NCBI GenBank assembly: GCA_963848295.1
Contig: CAWKDB010000010.1
Span: 2,624,001 to 2,688,000 of the forward strand
Source: an uncultured delta proteobacterium
GTDB taxonomy: Bacteria; Myxococcota_A; Polyangia; Haliangiales; Haliangiaceae
Reading direction: 5' to 3'
Length of the DNA: 64,000 bases
The first letter of the stretch is position 1. Each line of letters starts with the position of its first letter. Positions 10,601 through 21,447 of this stretch are shown here, one piece after another. Under the pieces are notes generated by a model. That model did no database searches, was not told where the DNA came from, and saw nothing but the letters and a program-made list of their open reading frames with translations. Position numbers and translations under genes: made by a program.

Positions 10601-13600
10601 CACATCATCGCGGACGGCTATTCGACCGCGATCCTGTGGCGCGAGATCAGCGAGATCATCCGCGGCGTGTCGTTGCCGCCGCTGCGGATCACGGTCGGCG
10701 ACTTCGCGCTGTGGCAGCAGAGCCCCGAGCATCAGCAGGAGATCGCGGCCCAGCGCGAGTTCTGGACCAAGCAGTTCGCCGATCCGCCGGTGCCGCTGCA
10801 GCTGCCGTACGACTTTCGCCACCCGGCGGTGCGCAGTCACGCCGGCGATCTCGTGCTCGCGCACCTGCCTCCGGAGGAGCTCGCGCAGCTCACCGCGTTG
10901 TCGCGCGGCCAGCAATCGACGCTGTTCGCGACGCTGCTGTCGAGCTGGTTCCTGTTCCTGTCGCGCATCGGCGGTGGCGACGACGTCGTCGTCGGCGTGC
11001 CGGTATCGGGCCGCGTGCACCCGGATCTGCAAGACGTCGTCGGCATGTTCGTCAACACCGTCGCGTGGCGCGCGAAGATTCCCGCGACCGGCACGTTCCT
11101 CGAGTTCCTCGAGTCGACGCGCAACACCTCGCTCGACGTGCTCGCGAGCGAGGAGTACCAGCTCGAAGACCTGCTCGACGAGCTCGACATCCGCGCCCTG
11201 CCCGGCCGCAATCCGTTGTTCGACGTGATGTTCGTGTTCGAGACCCGCGAGCTCGAGGTGATCGACGCGCAACGGGTCAAGCTCCACTTCCGCGAGTTCT
11301 CGCATCGCACGGCGAAGCTCGACCTCGCGTTGATCGCGACCGAGTCCGAGGCCGGGCTCGAGCTCGCGTTCGAATACGCGACCGAGCTGTTCGAGCGCTC
11401 GACGATCGATCGCCTCGCGCATCACTTCGTCACGATGCTGCGCGACATCATCCGGTCGCCCGGCAAGCAGATCGCCGAGCTCGAGCTGCTCGGTGCGGGC
11501 GACCTCGCGGTGCTCGCCGAGTACAACGCGACCGCGCACGCGCTGCCCGACGTCGCGTCGGTCTCCGAGCTCGTCGCCGACTGGGTGAAGCGCACGCCCG
11601 ACGCGCCCGCGGTCATCTTCAATGACACCACCTGGAGCTACGCCGAGGTCGATCGCCGCGCGAACGCGATCGCGGCGTGGCTGCGCGAGGCGAACGTGGG
11701 CCGCGATGACGTCGTCGCGATCGTGCTCGATCCGTGCGCCGAGATGCTGCCGGCGATGCTCGGCGTGCTGAAAGCCGGCGCGGCGTTCCTGCCGGTCGAC
11801 TCCGAGTACCCGATCGGCCGCAAGAGCTACCTGCTCGACGACAGCAAGGCCAAGGCGCTGCTGACTCGCGGCGAGCTCGCCGCCGGCTTGGACTTCGCGG
11901 GCGCGCGGCTCGATGTGGCGACGAGCGGTGAGGCGGCAAACGCTCCGGTGGTCGACATGCGTGCGAGCGACGCCGCCTACGTCATCTACACGTCGGGATC
12001 GACGGGCAAGCCGAAGGGCGTCGTGGTCGAGCACCGCAACCTCGTCAACTTCGCGCTGTGGTACGCGGACTACTACGGCGTTCGCGCGGGCGAAGCGGTG
12101 TCGAAGTACGCGGGGTTCTCGTTCGACGCGTCGATCTCCGAGGTGTTCCCGGCGTGCGTCGCGGGCGCCGCGCTCGTCGTCGTGCCGGCCGACATGCGAC
12201 TCGCGCCGAAACAGCTGTCCGCGTACTACGAAGCGAAGCAGGTCAAGGTCGCGTTCTTGCCGACCCAGTTCGGCGAGCAGTTCCTGCGGATGACCGAGAA
12301 CCACTCGCTGCGGATCGTCACGCTCGCGGGCGAGAAGATGCGCGCGTATCGCCCGATGCCGTGGACGATCGTCAACGGCTACGGGCCGACCGAGTACACC
12401 GTGTGCACCACCGCGTTCATCGTCGATCGCGCGTGGGACAACATCCCGATCGGCAAGCCGGTGTGGAACACCGAGATCCTCGTGTTGGATCGCCGCGGCC
12501 GGCTGTGTCCGATCGGCATCGCGGGCGAGCTGTGCGTCGCCGGCAAGAGCATCGCGCGCGGCTACCTCAGCAAGCCCGAGCTCACCGCCGAGAAGTTCAT
12601 CGCGCATCCGACGCGAGCGGGCGAGCGGATCTACAAGACCGGTGACCTCGCGCGGTGGCGCGCCGACGGCAACCTCGAGTACCTCGGCCGGATCGATTCG
12701 CAGGTCAAGGTCCGCGGCTATCGCATCGAGCTCGGCGAGATCGAGCAGACCTTGCTCGACGTGGCTGGCGTGTCCGACGCCGCGGTGGTCGATCTCGTCG
12801 ACGACGCGGGCGCGACCCAGCTCGCCGCGTATGTCGTCGGTGACGTCGCGGCCGACGAGCTTCGCGTGGCGCTCGCGCGCGACCTGCCCGACTACATGAT
12901 CCCGGCGTACTTCGTCCGCGTCGCCGCGCTGCCGCTGACGCCGAATGGCAAGGTCGACAAGCGCGCGCTGCCTCCGATCGAGCGCGACGCGGCGCGCGCG
13001 GTCGTGCCGCCGGCGACCGCACTCGAGACGGCGCTCGTCCGGATCTGGTCAGCGGTGCTCGCGGTACCGATCGATCGGCTCGGCGTGACCGCGAGCTTCC
13101 TGGAGCTCGGCGGCCATTCGCTCAAGGCGATCGCGCTGGTCAGCGAGATCTATCGCGAGCTCGGCGTCGAGCTCAAAGTCTCCGACGTGTTCCGCCATCC
13201 CACCGTGCGTGCGCTCGCGCGGCGGATCGGCGAGCTCGACGACAAGGGCGCGTTCGGCGTCATCGAGCCGGTCGCGATCACCGAGTCGGTGCCGGCATCG
13301 TCGGTCCAGGCGCGGATGTTCTTGGTCCAGCAGATGGAGCCGACGAGCACCGCCTACAACGTCGCGAGCGTGTTCGCGGTCGCACCCGGGATCTCGCGCG
13401 AGGCCGTCGCCGCCGCGTTCGCGACGCTGGTCGCGCGCTACGACGCGTTTCGCTGCTCGTTCACGCTCGACGGCACTGCCGCGAGGCTCCACGTCGTGCC
13501 GACCGCGACGCTGCCCGTCACTGACGTCGCCACGAGCGAAGCCGACCGCGACGCCGCGATCGACAAGCTGGTCGTGCCGTTCGACCTCGCCGTCGCGCCG

Positions 13601-16600
13601 CTCGCTCGCGCGACCTGGGTCACGACCGAGCGCGGCGCGTATCTGTTCTTCGACATGCACCACATCGTCACCGACGGCGTGTCGATGGGCATCCTGCTCG
13701 ACGAGCTCGAGGCGCTCGTCCGTGGCCAGCAGCTGCCCGCGCCGCCGCCGGGCCTCGGCGACTGCACCGTCTACGAAGCCGGCGAGCGCGCGGTCGCCAC
13801 GATCGGCAAGCAACGCGAGTACTGGCGCGCGCAATTCCCGGACGGCGTGCCCGCGCTCGGCCTGCTCACCGACCTACCGCGCCCGCCGATCGTCGATCCC
13901 GAGGGCGAGACGATCACGCGCGACTTGCCCGCCGAGACCGTGCGCGGCCTCCGCGAGCTCGCGCACAGCCGAGCCTTGTCGCTGCACGCGCTGTTGCTCG
14001 CCGCGTTCGACGTATTCCTCGCGCGGCTCTCGCGCCAGGACGAGATCGCGGTCGGCACACCGGTCAGCGGCCGGTGGCATCCGGACATGCAGCGCGTGTT
14101 CGGCATGTTCGTGAACACGCTCGTGCTCGGCGCGAAGGTCGATCCGAAGCAGCCGTTCGCCGAGCTCGCCGCCGACGTCGGCAAGCGCTCGCTCGAGGCG
14201 CTCGATAATCAGGCGTTCCCGTTCGCGGACCTCGTCGAGCTCGTCGGCGATCGGCGCCACGCCGGCCACACGCCGCTGGTCGACGTCATGTTCGCGCTGC
14301 AGAACGCGGACGAGCGGTTCGCCGAGCACAACGCCGAGGCGGCGTTCTCGCCGATCGCGGTCGCGAGCAAGACCGCGAAGTTCGATCTGTCGTTCGTCGT
14401 GGACGAGTCCGCCTCCGGGATCCAGCTCGCGTTCGAGTACCGCACGAGCCTGTTCCGGCGCACGACGATCGAGCGTTACTTGCGTTGCGTCGAGACGCTG
14501 CTCGCCGACATCGCGGCGCGGCCGGATGTGGCGGTCGAGGCGCTCACCATCCTGTCCGCCGAGGATCGCCAGCTCGTCCTCGTCGAGCACAACCGCACCG
14601 ACGTCGACTACCCCGCCGAGGTCGCGGCGCATCGCATGTTCGAGCGGCAGGCGGCGCGGCGGCCGAACGCGGTCGCGCTCGTTCAGGGCCCGCGGTCGTA
14701 CACGTACGGCGAGGTCGAAGCCGCCGCGAACCGGCTCGCGAACCGGCTCGTCGCGCTCGGTGGCGCCCAGCCCGGCAACCTCGTGTTCGGGCGCGAAGCG
14801 ATCGTCGCGATCCTCACGCCGCCGTCGTGCGAGCTGATCATCGCCGAGCTCGCTGCGCTCAAGGCGGGCGCCGCGTTCATGCCGCTCGACCATCGCTACC
14901 CGCGCGAACGGCTCGAGTACATGCTGCGCGACAGCGCCGCGCGCGTGCTGATCGCCGCGCCGGGATTCGGCGACGACGTCGATTGGGCCGGCCCGCGCCT
15001 CGTGCTCGATCCCGCGCTGTTCGCGACCGGCATCGCGACCCCGCCCGCGATCGACGCACATGCCAACGACCTCGCGTACGTGATCTACACCTCGGGCTCG
15101 ACCGGCCGTCCGAAGGGTGTCGAGATCGAGCACGCATCGCTCGTGCCGTTCATCCAGCGCACGATCGATGTCTACAAGCTCACCGAGGCCGATCGCCACT
15201 CGAAGTACGCCGGCATCGGCTTCGACGTGTCGATCATCGAGACATTCCCGCCGCTGTGCTGCGGCGGCCAGGTCCACATCGTACCCGACGAGATCCGGCT
15301 CGCGCTGCCCGAGCTCGCCGCGTGGTTGCAGTCGTCGGGGATCACGATGATGGATCTGCCGACCCAGCTCGCCGAGGAGTTCATGAAGGAGCCGCGGCAG
15401 ACGCCGTTGCGCTGGATGACGGTCGGCGGCGACCGGTTGCGCCGGTTCTATCCGCAGTCGTTCGGGCTCGCGAACGAGTACGGTCCGACCGAGTTCACCG
15501 TGTCGGCGACCACGTTTGTCGTCGACGCGCAGCACGACAACATTCCGATCGGTAAGCCGAACGCGAACACGAAGGCGCTGATCCTCGACGCGAGCGGCCA
15601 GCTCTGCCCGCCCGGCGTACCCGGCGAGATCTGCCTCGCGGGTCGCGGCCTCGCGCGCGGCTACCTCGGCAGCCCCGAGCTCACCGCGAAGAAGTTCGTA
15701 CATAGCGAGCTCGCGGGCGGCCGCATGTATCACACCGGCGACCTCGCGCGCTGGCTCGACGACGGCAACATCGAGTTCCTCGGGCGCATCGACAACCAGG
15801 TCAAGATCCGCGGCTTCCGGATCGAGCTCGGCGAGATCGAGCAGGCGATGCTCGAGGTCGCGGGCGTCAGCGCGAGCGTCGTCGTCGATCGCGACGATCC
15901 GGCCGGCGACAAGATCCTGGTCGGCTACTATGTCGGCGCCGCGGCGAACGTGCCGGCGATCCGCGCGCACCTCGCGAACCGGCTGCCCGACTACATGGTG
16001 CCATCGGCGTTCGTCCAGCTCGCGGAGATCCCGTTCACGACCAGCGGCAAGGTCGATCGCCGGCGGTTGCCCGAGCCCGAGCTCGAAGCGCGCGAGCGCG
16101 TCGCGACGCCGCCCGCGAACGTCGCCGAGACGCTCGTGCTCGAAGCGTTCGGCCGCGCGCTCGGCCGCACCGACCTCGGCGTCGACGACGACTTCTTCGA
16201 CTTCGGCGGCAACTCGATCAAGGCCGTCGCGGTCGTCGCGGCGCTCGCGAGCGACTTTCCGATCAGCGCGAACGACCTGTTCCGGCTTCGCACCGCCCGC
16301 GCGGTCGCGCGCGAGGTCCCGATGCGGCGCGGCGATCTGCACGGCCGACTCACCGAGCTCGTCACCGAGCTGCGCGAGACCAACGGCCATAGCGATCCGC
16401 TCGTCGTGCTCGCCCGCGACGTCGAGCAGTATCGCGCGCGCTACAAGCCATTCGCCGGGCTGTCGGTGCACCAGCACATGGCGTATCGCGACGTGCTGCT
16501 CACCGGCGCGACCGGGTTCCTCGGCTGCTACCTGATGCGCGACCTGCTCGTGCACAGCGACGCGAAGCTGCACCTCACGATCCGCGGCAAGTCGCGCGAG

Positions 16601-17551
16601 GACGCCTATGCCCGAATCGCCGCGAAGGCCGCGCACTACTTCGGCGCCGACTTCCTCGAGGGCCATCGCCGCCGGATCAACGTCGTGGTCTCCGATCTCG
16701 AGCAGCCGATGCTCGGGCTCGATCGCGGCACGTTCGACGCACTCGCGCGCACACTCGATTGCGCGATCCACGCGGCGGCGCTGACCAAGCACTACGGCGA
16801 CTACGCGACGTTCGTCAAGGCGAACGTCGACGCGACGAAGCACGTGATCGAGCTGGTGCGCCGGTCGGGCTGCGACTTCAACGTGGTGTCGACGATCTCG
16901 GTCGGCCTCGGCGAGATTACCGGCCGGCCGCGCGCGCTGTTCACCGAGTTCGATTGCGACATCGGCCAGGTCGCGGGCAACCACTACGTGCGCACGAAGC
17001 TCGAGGCCGAGAAGGCGGTGCTCGCGCTGCGCGACGAAGGCTTCGCGTGCAACATCTTCCGCGTCGGGTTCCTGACCGGCGATTCGCGCACGCTGAAGTT
17101 TCAGGAGAACGCCGACGACAGCGGCTTCGTCCAGACGCTCAAGAGCTACGTGGCGCTCGGCAAGATCCCGCTGTCTGCGCTGACCCAGTCGTTCTGCCCG
17201 GTCAACGAGGTCAGCGATGCGATCTTGAAGCTGCTCGGCGCGAGCTCGCTGCTCAACCAGACCCATCACGTCGATCGCGTGATCGACACCGAGACCGCCG
17301 AGCGCATCGTCGCGGCCGATCGTAGGTGCTCCGCGCTGCCCGACGCCGAGTTCTTCGAGTGGCTCGCGGCTCACCTCGGCGACGCCGGCATCGGCCAGGC
17401 CGCGACCGCGATGTTGCTGCACGAGGGCTTGCTCGATCAGGGCGTATCGACCGAGACCGTGACGATGCGCGAGAAGACCGAGCGGCTGCTCGCGCGCGCT
17501 GGCTTCGCTTGGAGCCAGGTCCGGCCCGAGCAAGTCTGGTCGCTGGCATGA
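1675..17551 (+). CDS. Five-module NRPS: (partial C)-A1-T1-C-A2-T2-C-A3-T3-C-A4-T4-C-A5-T5-R, ~5,291 aa if the +1 frameshift at ~9141-9148 is removed
   Basis: Five YTSGSTGxPKG A3 motifs, four HHxxxDG C domains (MHHIISDG, IHHIVADG, MHHIIADG, MHHIVTDG), five T domains (4x LGGHSL, 1x FGGNSI), and a terminal reductase (VLLTGATGFLG...YVRTK). ORFs 1675-9585 and 9167-17551 join inside A-domain 3 (DTVPLFLSG|FTPKQPMGLKRIIVGGD). Confidence 0.93.
9691..9754. repeat. In-frame palindromic insertion (57 bp net, 19 codons) in NRPS A-domain 3, flanked by the 7-bp direct repeat CGACAAG
   Basis: CGACAAG at 9691-9697 and 9748-9754. The insert contains hairpins TCGGGCG-AC-CGCCCGA and GCAACGCC-GGA-GGCGTTGC and encodes SGDRPTRSNAGGVAEVVDK, which the other four A domains lack. 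Confidence 0.75.
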
Positions 17552-18969
17552 CCCACGTCGACGTCCTGATCGTCGGCGCGGGCTTGTCCGGCATCGGCGC
17601 CGCGCGTCACCTCCAGACGCATTGCCCCGGCAAGACCTACGCGATCCTCGAAGCGCGCGAGCGACTCGGCGGCACGTGGGATCTGTTTCGCTATCCCGGG
17701 ATTCGCTCGGACTCGGATATGTACACGCTCGGCTATTCGTTCAAGCCGTGGACCGACGCCAAGGCGATCGCGGATGGCCCGGCGATCCTCGCGTACGTCG
17801 CGGAGACCGCCGCCGAGTCCGGCATCGCGGCGCACATCCACTACAACGAACGCGTGACCGCGGCGCGGTGGTCGAGCCGCGACACGCGCTGGACGATCGA
17901 AGCCGCGACGACGTGGACGTGCAGCTTTGTCTACGTATGCGCTGGTTACTACGACTACGCCGCCGGCTACACCCCGGAGCTGCCCGGGCGCGAGCGGTTC
18001 ACCGGAACGATCATCCACCCGCAGCACTGGCCCGAGGATGTCGATTACGCGGGAAAGCGCATCGTCGTGATCGGCAGTGGCGCGACTGCGGTGACGCTCG
18101 TACCCGAGCTCGCGAAGCGCGCGGCGCACGTCACGATGTTGCAGCGCTCGCCGACGTACATCATGTCGCGGCCGTCGCGCGATCCGATCGCGGACTGGTT
18201 GCGCGCGCGCTTGCCTGCGACCGCAGCGTACGAGCTGACGCGATGGAAGAACGTGCTGCTCGGCATGGCGTTCTTCACGTACGCGCGGCGATTTCCGGCG
18301 CACGCGAAGCGATTCCTCGTCGCGCAGACCGCGAAGCTCGCCGGCGACGGCACGCCGGCCGATCCGCACCTCACGCCGCGCTACAACCCGTGGGACCAAC
18401 GCCTGTGCCTCGTCCCCGACGGCGATCTGTTCGAGGCGTTGCGCGCAGGCACCGCCGACATCGTTACCGACGAGATCGCGACCTTCACCGAGCGCGGTCT
18501 CGAGCTGAAGTCCGGCGCCGCGCTCGACGCCGACATCGTCGTCACGGCGACCGGGCTCAAGCTGCAGCTGTTCGGCGGCATGGCGCTCGAGGTCGACGGC
18601 ACCGCGGTCGATCCGGCCGACACGATGATCTACAAGGGCCTGTTGTGCAGCGGCATCCCGAACCTCGCGTTCGCGGTCGGCTACACGAACGCCTCGTGGA
18701 CGCTCAAGGTCGATCTCGCGAGCACCTACGTGTGCCGCTTGCTCCGGTACATGGACGCGCACGGCTATCGCGAGGTCCGGCCGCGGCGCGATCCGAGCGT
18801 CGGCGACATGCCGCTACTCGATTTCTCGTCGGGCTACGTCAAGCGCGCGCTCGCGCATCTGCCGCGCCAGGGCGACCAGCTGCCGTGGCGGCTGTACCAG
18901 AACTACGTCTTCGATCGCGCGATGCTCGGCCGCGGCCGGATCGCCGATCGAGTCTTGCAGTTTCGCTGA
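17548..18969 (+). CDS. FAD-dependent Baeyer-Villiger monooxygenase, EthA family (473 aa)
   Basis: ATGA overlap with the NRPS stop; VLIVGAGLSG, GGTWDLFRYPGIRSDSD, BVMO fingerprint FTGTIIHPQHWP, second Rossmann motif VIGSGATA. Confidence 0.9.
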   Translation: MTHVDVLIVGAGLSGIGAARHLQTHCPGKTYAILEARERLGGTWDLFRYPGIRSDSDMYTLGYSFKPWTDAKAIADGPAILAYVAETAAESGIAAHIHYNERVTAARWSSRDTRWTIEAATTWTCSFVYVCAGYYDYAAGYTPELPGRERFTGTIIHPQHWPEDVDYAGKRIVVIGSGATAVTLVPELAKRAAHVTMLQRSPTYIMSRPSRDPIADWLRARLPATAAYELTRWKNVLLGMAFFTYARRFPAHAKRFLVAQTAKLAGDGTPADPHLTPRYNPWDQRLCLVPDGDLFEALRAGTADIVTDEIATFTERGLELKSGAALDADIVVTATGLKLQLFGGMALEVDGTAVDPADTMIYKGLLCSGIPNLAFAVGYTNASWTLKVDLASTYVCRLLRYMDAHGYREVRPRRDPSVGDMPLLDFSSGYVKRALAHLPRQGDQLPWRLYQNYVFDRAMLGRGRIADRVLQFR

Positions 18970-19010
18970 TCAGCACACTGCCGTCCCACCGATGGAACGT
19001 GCCGCTCGAT

Positions 19011-20297
19011 TCAGTGCGAGCTCAACTTGCGCGCTGCATCGCGTTCGTCGTGCTCGAATGCATCGGCGAACTGCTCGAGCTCGACGTCGGTCATCCCGAG
19101 GTCGTGACCCTCTGTTCGCCAGCGTGCCACCGAAGCCTCGACCTCGAGAACGACCTCCCGAGCTCGTGCATCGCCGAGGCGAAAATAGGGAGCAACCGAC
19201 ATCAAGGCGTCGATCGATGCTTCGGGGCCCGTCTCTTCCGAAATCCACGTCTTGAGCTCGCGCACCCGGTCAGGGAACGGATTGACGTCAAACGCAGGCG
19301 CGAGCCGCCACAGGCCGTGCGCGGCGTGCAAGAAGCCGTGGTTCAACAGGTGGTCATCGACGTTCGTGATCAGGATCGAGAACGCGATGCGCCGGAACAG
19401 CTCCTCGATGTCGAGCCGTGCCGAAGAGCCGTGCGCTCGAATCGCGTCTACGATCTCGGCATACGAATGCTCGCCCGGAGCGGTCGTATCGACGCCGAGC
19501 ATCGTGGCCGCGCTGATGTACATGATGCGACCATGCTCGGTCCGGTCGAAGCGATGAATCAGGGCAACCGGTATCCCGCCAGAGTCGACCAGCCGCGCAT
19601 CGGCAGCGTCGATGCCGGCACACTTGGCCAGGCGCAGCGCGAGGACCTCGCCTTTGGTAACCGCGCGTTGATCCTGGACGCTTGGAAACTTGCCGATGGA
19701 GAGCCGTCCGTCGTCGTCGAGGACAGTACACTTCGGTCGGAGGCCGCCGAGCGAGGTGCCACGTCCTCTCAGATAAGCGAGGTCCGCGCTTGTCTCGGTG
19801 TTGGTCTCGACGGCGCGCGAGGCTGCGAGTAGAGCGCCGAGCTCGACCAGTGGGGGCGTCGTTCGTTCGTTCACCCCGCGGGCACGGCAGAACGTACCGC
19901 CCTCGTCCTGAAACCGCAGCGCCCCGACGCGGCTGACATCGTCCACCGCCAAGAGGAAGTCGAGGCTGTTCAGCGCGGGCGAGGAGGCTGCTGCTCCTGC
20001 TCGCTTCGCCGCTTGTCGACGTTTGGCGTGATCGCGAAGGATGACGTTCTTGCCCCAGCCGTCGGGCTCCGTGTCTGCGATAGGTCCGTGAAACAGCGAT
20101 GCGTCTCGCGTCCGCTTGTGAAATTGTGGGCCGGCGAGGAGGCGAAGGTCTGGCGCGATCGCGAACGAGTCGGGCGAGGCCAGCCATTCACTGGCGTACT
20201 CGAACGCCGCACTCTCCCGAGCGCCTTGAGAATCGTGCAGGACGGCTCCGACGCGGACAGGCGTTTCGCCGAGAAATACCTGGATCGTGCGCCTCAT
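19011..20297 (-). CDS. hipA: HipA-family Ser/Thr kinase toxin (type II TA)
   Basis: N-terminal FEYASEW/PDGWG couple domain, TSLGGLRPK P-loop, NVDDHLLNHGFL catalytic loop, LAPAFDVNP. Confidence 0.9.
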   Translation of the reverse strand: MRRTIQVFLGETPVRVGAVLHDSQGARESAAFEYASEWLASPDSFAIAPDLRLLAGPQFHKRTRDASLFHGPIADTEPDGWGKNVILRDHAKRRQAAKRAGAAASSPALNSLDFLLAVDDVSRVGALRFQDEGGTFCRARGVNERTTPPLVELGALLAASRAVETNTETSADLAYLRGRGTSLGGLRPKCTVLDDDGRLSIGKFPSVQDQRAVTKGEVLALRLAKCAGIDAADARLVDSGGIPVALIHRFDRTEHGRIMYISAATMLGVDTTAPGEHSYAEIVDAIRAHGSSARLDIEELFRRIAFSILITNVDDHLLNHGFLHAAHGLWRLAPAFDVNPFPDRVRELKTWISEETGPEASIDALMSVAPYFRLGDARAREVVLEVEASVARWRTEGHDLGMTDVELEQFADAFEHDERDAARKLSSH

Positions 20298-20626
20298 GAC
20301 GACGTCGGGGACTTCCGCGCGCGGATCCGTTTCGGCACGCGCCCGGCATCGAGCAGGAGGCCCTGCTCGTCCGTGCGCGCGTCGATCAGATCCGCGATCA
20401 CGTCCCCGAACCCGAGTACGAACAGCACCATCGCGTATACGCCAAACGCCACGGTTGGATCACCGTGCTCGGCTCGGAGGTAGGTGCTCTTCGCGACCCC
20501 AACACGCTCGGCCATCATGGCGACGGTCAGGCGCCGCTTGCGTCGCGCGACGCCGATGTCCTCGCCGAATTTCTTCAGCTCACGGCGCAATCTAGAAGGC
20601 AGGATGTCCTCGACAGCGGAACGCAT
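20294..20626 (-). CDS. XRE-family HTH protein, HipB-like antitoxin
   Basis: ARRKRRLTVAMMAERVGVAKSTYLRAEHGDP HTH; ATGA overlap with the hipA start. Confidence 0.85.
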   Translation of the reverse strand: MRSAVEDILPSRLRRELKKFGEDIGVARRKRRLTVAMMAERVGVAKSTYLRAEHGDPTVAFGVYAMVLFVLGFGDVIADLIDARTDEQGLLLDAGRVPKRIRARKSPTSS

Positions 20627-20631
20627 AAGGC

Positions 20632-20674
20632 CTCATCTATGGGTCTGAAACGTCGTTTATGTAGCATAGATGAG
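20632..20674. promoter_or_regulatory. Operator-like inverted repeat upstream of the antitoxin gene
   Basis: CTCATCTATG (20632-20641) and CATAGATGAG (20665-20674): perfect 10-bp IR with a 23-bp AT-richer spacer, starting a few bases upstream of the start codon. Confidence 0.6.
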
Positions 20675-20731
20675 TCGTTAACGGAATAGCTGAGGATGCG
20701 GCCGACCGGCTCGCGCCCTGGCTCGGCCACC

Positions 20732-21304
20732 TCAGGATCCGCCCGTCGCGGTCGTGATGTCCTGTTTGCTGCTGCACGCGATCTGGTTCGCGCCCGCGCG
20801 ATAGCCGCTCTGGTTGCAGTGCGTGTGATACGTCGCCCTCTTGCCGCAGCCCGCGGCGCCGATCGCCGCGATGTACGAATTGCGAAGCGTGGCGAGTTGC
20901 TCGCTCAGGTCGACGTAGGTGACGTCTTTACAGCCGAAATCGAACTCGGCGGTCTTAGCGGTCTGGGCGTGCGCTTCGGCGCGATACTGCTCGACCGCCG
21001 GAACTGGCGACGCCTGCTGCCCTATGACGGTTGCTTCGAGCATTCTTAGGTCGGTCATGAAATCGGTGCGCTGCCCGCAACCTTCGGCGACGTAAAAGTC
21101 GAGGTATTGAGCGAAGGAGGGTAGCCCGTAGGTGTCGGTGGACACGAACGTGAGGTTGGCGTTCGGACACTTCATCGTAGCCGTCAAGCTGTCGTTGATC
21201 TGCGGCGCGAGGTATTGCCGGCGCTGCGGCAGCGTCGAGACCGACGGTGGAGTGGACAAGCAACCAGCGACGAACAATCCGAGCACTAGTCCGATGTGGT
21301 TCAT
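20732..21304 (-). CDS. Putative lipoprotein with two internal Cys-containing repeats
   Basis: Signal peptide and lipobox (LFVAGC); repeats C.....T.V...AEGCGQR and GC..VTYV...AAGCGKR. Confidence 0.6.
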   Translation of the reverse strand: MNHIGLVLGLFVAGCLSTPPSVSTLPQRRQYLAPQINDSLTATMKCPNANLTFVSTDTYGLPSFAQYLDFYVAEGCGQRTDFMTDLRMLEATVIGQQASPVPAVEQYRAEAHAQTAKTAEFDFGCKDVTYVDLSEQLATLRNSYIAAIGAAGCGKRATYHTHCNQSGYRAGANQIACSSKQDITTATGGS

Positions 21305-21447
21305 GCGGGGCAACGTAGAGATGCGACTCCGCGCTGTCGACTGGTGTTCACGTTACGTCACAGTCGCCGCGAGCCGCGCCTTGAAGATGTGGTCCTTGCC
21401 CGCTGGTACAGCTTCACTTATATTACTATCTGAGGTTAACCGAGGCT

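Noticed and set aside
14761..14795. Short extra peptide (GAQPGNLVF) in NRPS A5 as a second palindromic insertion
   Set aside because: No flanking direct repeat and only weak self-complementarity
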